From NCBI GenBank assembly GCA_963841435.1, contig CAWJCS010000005.1, forward strand, positions 1,472,001-1,536,000: DNA of 64,000 bases, read 5' to 3'. Both the position numbers and the translations under genes were made by a program. Positions 60,538 to 64,000 of the stretch are shown here, one piece after another. The first letter of the stretch is position 1, and the number at the start of each line of letters is the position of its first letter. The DNA is from an uncultured delta proteobacterium. GTDB taxonomy: Bacteria > Myxococcota_A > Polyangia > Polyangiales > Polyangiaceae. The notes under the pieces are model-generated. The model did no database searches. It saw nothing but the letters and a program-made list of their open reading frames with translations, and was not told where the DNA came from.

Positions 60538-61311
60538 GTGACAAAGCCACTCTGTTTCGCCACCCTGCCCGCTCTCGCCACGTGCTTCTTCGCCGCTTGC
60601 GCGGGCGACGCCCCACCGCCGTCGAAGGCGCCCGAGCCTCTCCACCCGGTGGCCACCGCGATCGACACGAGCCCGATCCCGGACCCCGTCGCGAGCGTGC
60701 CGCCGAGCTGCGCGCACGGCACCAAGCCCGCCGCCGACGGGCTGATCGACGACCTCGAGGACGGCAACACCCTCGTGCAGCCGCTCGCCGGCCGCGACGG
60801 CAGTTGGTGGATGGGGAAGGCGGATCACGCGACGATCTCGATTCCATCGGGCGAGCTCCAGCCGTCGGAGGGCGGCGCGCCCGGCTCGAAGCTCGGCATG
60901 CACTTCGCCGGCAAGACGAACCCCTCCGACTCCTGGGGCGCCACGCTCGGCGTGACGTTCCTGAAGGCGGGCTTTTACGACGCGTCCAGGTACGCGGGCA
61001 TCGCCTTCAAGATCAGGTCGGCCAAGCCGAACCTCGACGTGCGCCTCAAGGTCCTCGACACGAACACGCATCCGGACGGCGGGGCCTGCGCCAAGGAGTG
61101 CTGGAACGCCTTCGGTCGGGAGCTGATCCTCGGCACCGAGTGGCGCGACGTGACGCTCATGTGGAGCGAGCTCACGCAACAGTCGGACTGGGGCGATCCA
61201 CGCCCGCCGATGGTCGAGGCATCGAAGATCAAAGACGTGGAGTGGCAGATCTGGCCCGCCACGGAATTCGACATCTGGGTCAACGACGTGCGCTTCCTCG
61301 CCTGTCAGTGA
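60538..61311 (+). CDS. Carbohydrate-binding (CBM11/CIA30-like) lipoprotein
   Basis: Lipobox FAAC; LIDDLEDG, YDAS.Y.GI.F and FDIWVNDVRF. Confidence 0.75.
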   Translation: MTKPLCFATLPALATCFFAACAGDAPPPSKAPEPLHPVATAIDTSPIPDPVASVPPSCAHGTKPAADGLIDDLEDGNTLVQPLAGRDGSWWMGKADHATISIPSGELQPSEGGAPGSKLGMHFAGKTNPSDSWGATLGVTFLKAGFYDASRYAGIAFKIRSAKPNLDVRLKVLDTNTHPDGGACAKECWNAFGRELILGTEWRDVTLMWSELTQQSDWGDPRPPMVEASKIKDVEWQIWPATEFDIWVNDVRFLACQ

Positions 61312-61660
61312 AGCGGCGACACCGGCGACGCGGGCGTGGTCAGGAGCTCGTCGGCGAGCCACTGGCCGAGCAGCGCGAGCGCGAGCCCCGCGGATGCTTC
61401 GGGCGAGCCGCCGTCGTCGAGCTCGGCGCAAAGTCGAGCAAGCGCGATCGGCTGCTGGAGGAGCTCGAGCGCTCGGGCCTCCATGCGGTCAACCGCGCGG
61501 TGGAAGACGCGAAACCCACGCCGCCACACGGGCAACACCTGGTCGCGCCGCTCGGTGGGCGGAGGTGTTTCGCGCCGATCGACCGCACGCCACGGCCCTT
61601 CGAGCTCGTAGTCGGAGCGCACGAGCCGGTGCGAGGGAACGAGGGACGGCACGAGGCTCG
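61305..61660 (-). pseudogene. C-terminal fragment resembling DUF2063/HvfC-type proteins
   Basis: VWRRGFRVFHR.....EARAL...LC......L.QWL..ELL; N-terminus missing. Confidence 0.5.
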
Positions 61661-61669
61661 ACCAACCGG

Positions 61670-62043
61670 GCGCAGTTGATCCTCTTTTGCGACAACCAGG
61701 GTTGGTCGAGCCACACGGGCGGGGAGGGCAACGGCAGCTATCACTCGCGTGTCGTCGAGTACCACCTCGACGAGACGAAGAAGCAAGCCACGCTAACCTG
61801 GGAGTTTCCGGGGAGCTTCGAGGTCAACGCCCGGTACAAGAACGACTGGAAGACGCCAATCTGGGGCGCCGCAAATCGGCTCGCGAACGGCAACGTGCTC
61901 GTCACGGCGGGCGTGAAGGGCACGGGGCAGCACACGCGAATCTTCGAGGTGTCGCGCGCCGGCGAGGTTGTGTGGGGCATCGAATGGCCGGCTCGTACCG
62001 CGCGACACGCATCTCGCCGCCGGCCGCCGAGCCCATCCCCTGA
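61670..62043 (+). pseudogene. C-terminal fragment of an arylsulfotransferase-family protein
   Basis: LF.DN, SRVVEY.LDE....A.L.WE, RLANGNVLVT, EV...GEVVW; frameshifted SYRA.R end. Confidence 0.7.
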
Positions 62044-62094
62044 GCCGCCACGCTTCGGCCCGTCGCACGGCGCCTCGGCCTTGGCCAACGACCG

Positions 62095-62850
62095 TCAGTA
62101 AGCGAAAAGCGCCTCGCGGAGCTCTTTCGTCTTCGCAGGATCGCGCGAGAAGGCACACGGCACGACCTCGCGCCCTGCGTAGTACGCGCCGCTCGGTCCA
62201 GGTGCGTCGGCCGTGACGAGCCATGCGGGCGTGTCGGCGCCGCGCTCGGGGCTGTCGCTGCCGCCGAATCCGAGCGCGTTGCTCAGCTTCGAATTCACGT
62301 CGCCCGGATGACACGAGCCGATCCAAGCGCCCAGCTTGCCCAGGCGCCCCGCGAGCGCCGCAGCGAGCATGCGATCGGCTTGTTTCGACTGCCGGTACGC
62401 CGTTCCGTTGTCGTAGGGCCGCCGGCGAAACTCGAGGTCGTCGAGCTCGAGGCCGCCCGCCCAGTAGCTCGCGACGAACACCACGCGGCTCGCGCCCGAA
62501 AGAGCAAGTGCGGGCTCGAACGCGAGCACCATCCAGAGGTAGCCGAGCACGTTCGTCGCGAGCTGCCGCTCGATCCCCTCGGGCGTTTCCTCGCGCGTAC
62601 GCGGACATTGTGCCGCGTTGTTCACGAGCGCGTGCACGGGGCCGTCAACGGCGCGGGCCAGCCGCTCGATGGAGGCACGCCGCGAAAGGTCCACTTCGAG
62701 CACCCTGCCGGGAAGCTTCCTTTCGCGCGAGGCGTCGCGCACCGGCAAGATGAGCTCCCAACCCTCGGCGGCCAGACGCCGTGCGATGGCGCCTCCGATC
62801 GCCCCGGTCGCGCCCGTGACGACTGCGCGCTTCACGGGCCCGCTGCCCAC
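62095..62850 (-). CDS. SDR family oxidoreductase
   Basis: TGATGAIG, VNNAA, YRQSK and HPG. Confidence 0.9.
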   Translation of the reverse strand: MGSGPVKRAVVTGATGAIGGAIARRLAAEGWELILPVRDASRERKLPGRVLEVDLSRRASIERLARAVDGPVHALVNNAAQCPRTREETPEGIERQLATNVLGYLWMVLAFEPALALSGASRVVFVASYWAGGLELDDLEFRRRPYDNGTAYRQSKQADRMLAAALAGRLGKLGAWIGSCHPGDVNSKLSNALGFGGSDSPERGADTPAWLVTADAPGPSGAYYAGREVVPCAFSRDPAKTKELREALFAY

Positions 62851-63731
62851 TCGATCGCGCCCGCAACGTGGTCGAGGAACGGTTGCTCGGAGTAGCTTTC
62901 CGGAGTGTGGCCGAGCGCGGTGTAGAAGGCCCGCCCGCCTTCCAGCTCGTGGTACCAGGCGATCGGGTGATCGGCGCCCATCGCGGCGTCGCCGGGCGCG
63001 TAACTCGTTTCATCGAGCGCGAGGAGCACCGTGACGTTCGCGCGTGGGTTCGTCTGAAACGCGTACCACTCGTCGGTGCGCATCCAGGGAGCGGGTAAGA
63101 GCTCGGTGGACGGGTGCGAGCGATCCTCGACGTGCACGCTGGCCGGCTGGACTGTTGAGTGGACCCTGAAATAGGCGCCCACGAGCGCGCCGTAGAAGGG
63201 CCAGTCGTACTCGGTGTCCGATGCCGAATGGATGCCGACGAAGCCGTTGCCCGCCCGAATGAAACGCTCGAACGCGACCTGCTCGGTGTCGTCGAGCACG
63301 TCACCCGTCGTCAAGAGAAAGACGATCACGTTGAAGGGCGCGAGCCCAGCATCGGAAAAGATCGCGGCGTCCTCGGTCTCGAGCACGTCCCAACCACGCG
63401 CGGTACCGAGGGAAGCGAGCGCCGGCAGGCCCTGATCGATCGAGGCGTGGCGGTAACCGATCGTGCGGGAGAACACGAGGACCACCGGGTCGCGCCCGCC
63501 GGCCTCGCCCCCGGCCGGCAATCCCGCGCCGCCCGTCGCGCCCCCCGCGAGCCCAACGCCCCCGTCACCGCTCGTCACCCCTTCGCCGGCCGTGCCGCCG
63601 CCACCCGCCGCGCCGGCCTCACCGGAGGCGCCGCCGGACCCGTTGCTGCTGGCCTCTTCGGTGCACGCCCCGAAGAGCGCGATGGCGACCACACAGAGCG
63701 CGCGATCCCGGCGGGGCGAGCGTTCGCTCAC
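62832..63731 (-). CDS. ThuA-domain lipoprotein
   Basis: VFSRT.GYRHASI, GIHSASD, DEWY and YTALGH; lipobox FGAC. Confidence 0.9.
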   Translation of the reverse strand: MSERSPRRDRALCVVAIALFGACTEEASSNGSGGASGEAGAAGGGGTAGEGVTSGDGGVGLAGGATGGAGLPAGGEAGGRDPVVLVFSRTIGYRHASIDQGLPALASLGTARGWDVLETEDAAIFSDAGLAPFNVIVFLLTTGDVLDDTEQVAFERFIRAGNGFVGIHSASDTEYDWPFYGALVGAYFRVHSTVQPASVHVEDRSHPSTELLPAPWMRTDEWYAFQTNPRANVTVLLALDETSYAPGDAAMGADHPIAWYHELEGGRAFYTALGHTPESYSEQPFLDHVAGAIEWAAGP

Positions 63732-64000
63732 GGCGGCTCGGGCCGGCTCGGCACGACGAGCACGGGCGCGCGCGAGCGTCGCAGCACGCCCTCCGTCACG
63801 CTGCCAGCGAGGAGCTGGAAAAGCGCGCCGTGCCCATGCGACCCGACCACGACGAGGCCCGCGTCGAAACGGCGCGCGTGGTCCAGGATCGTCTGGACCG
63901 TCGGTCCTTGCACCATGAGCGGCTTGACGACGACGCCCGCCGCCGAAAAACGCTCGGCGACGGCCGCGAGAGAGCGGTGCTCGTCGCGAAGCCCCTTCGC
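63728..64000 (-). CDS. Universal stress protein (5'-partial at window edge)
   Basis: VVGSHGHG....LAGSVTEGVLR....PVLVVP. Confidence 0.88.
   Translation of the reverse strand, partial: AKGLRDEHRSLAAVAERFSAAGVVVKPLMVQGPTVQTILDHARRFDAGLVVVGSHGHGALFQLLAGSVTEGVLRRSRAPVLVVPSRPEPP

Overview
GC-rich window (roughly 70% by eye) from a myxobacterium, probably Polyangiales/Sorangium-like, judging from MYXO-CTERM tails, many Gly/Ser-linker lipoproteins and an ECF sigma/anti-sigma module. (1) A tRNA-Ser(UGA) gene at 4901-4987 (-) is followed by 154-bp tandem repeats carrying its 3' end. It borders a decayed ~12.7-kb island (4947-17710) whose flanking direct repeat is the 5' half of the tRNA plus its promoter. 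The island holds a frameshifted large serine recombinase, a Fic protein, split IS91-like transposase remnants, a group II intron 3' remnant, an ECF module and a nucleotidyltransferase. (2) A translationally coupled four-gene c-type cytochrome operon (27974-30880) encodes a Cyc2-like heme/beta-barrel fusion, a MYXO-CTERM monoheme protein, a lipoprotein and a diheme lipoprotein. (3) Homologues of M. tuberculosis Rv1679/Rv1680/Rv1681 (FadE16, SBP-like protein, MoeX radical SAM) are linked to an epimerase, a DUF2064 protein and a GT2, with a LexA-boxed dinB in between. (4) Many polysaccharide-active secreted proteins are present: two GH16, a CE1-like esterase, a PL1, two beta-helix paralogues, a CBM, ThuA and a sugar ABC transporter. 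Three single-base frameshifts in otherwise intact genes look like sequencing errors. All family calls come from motif recognition and recall; no database search was run.
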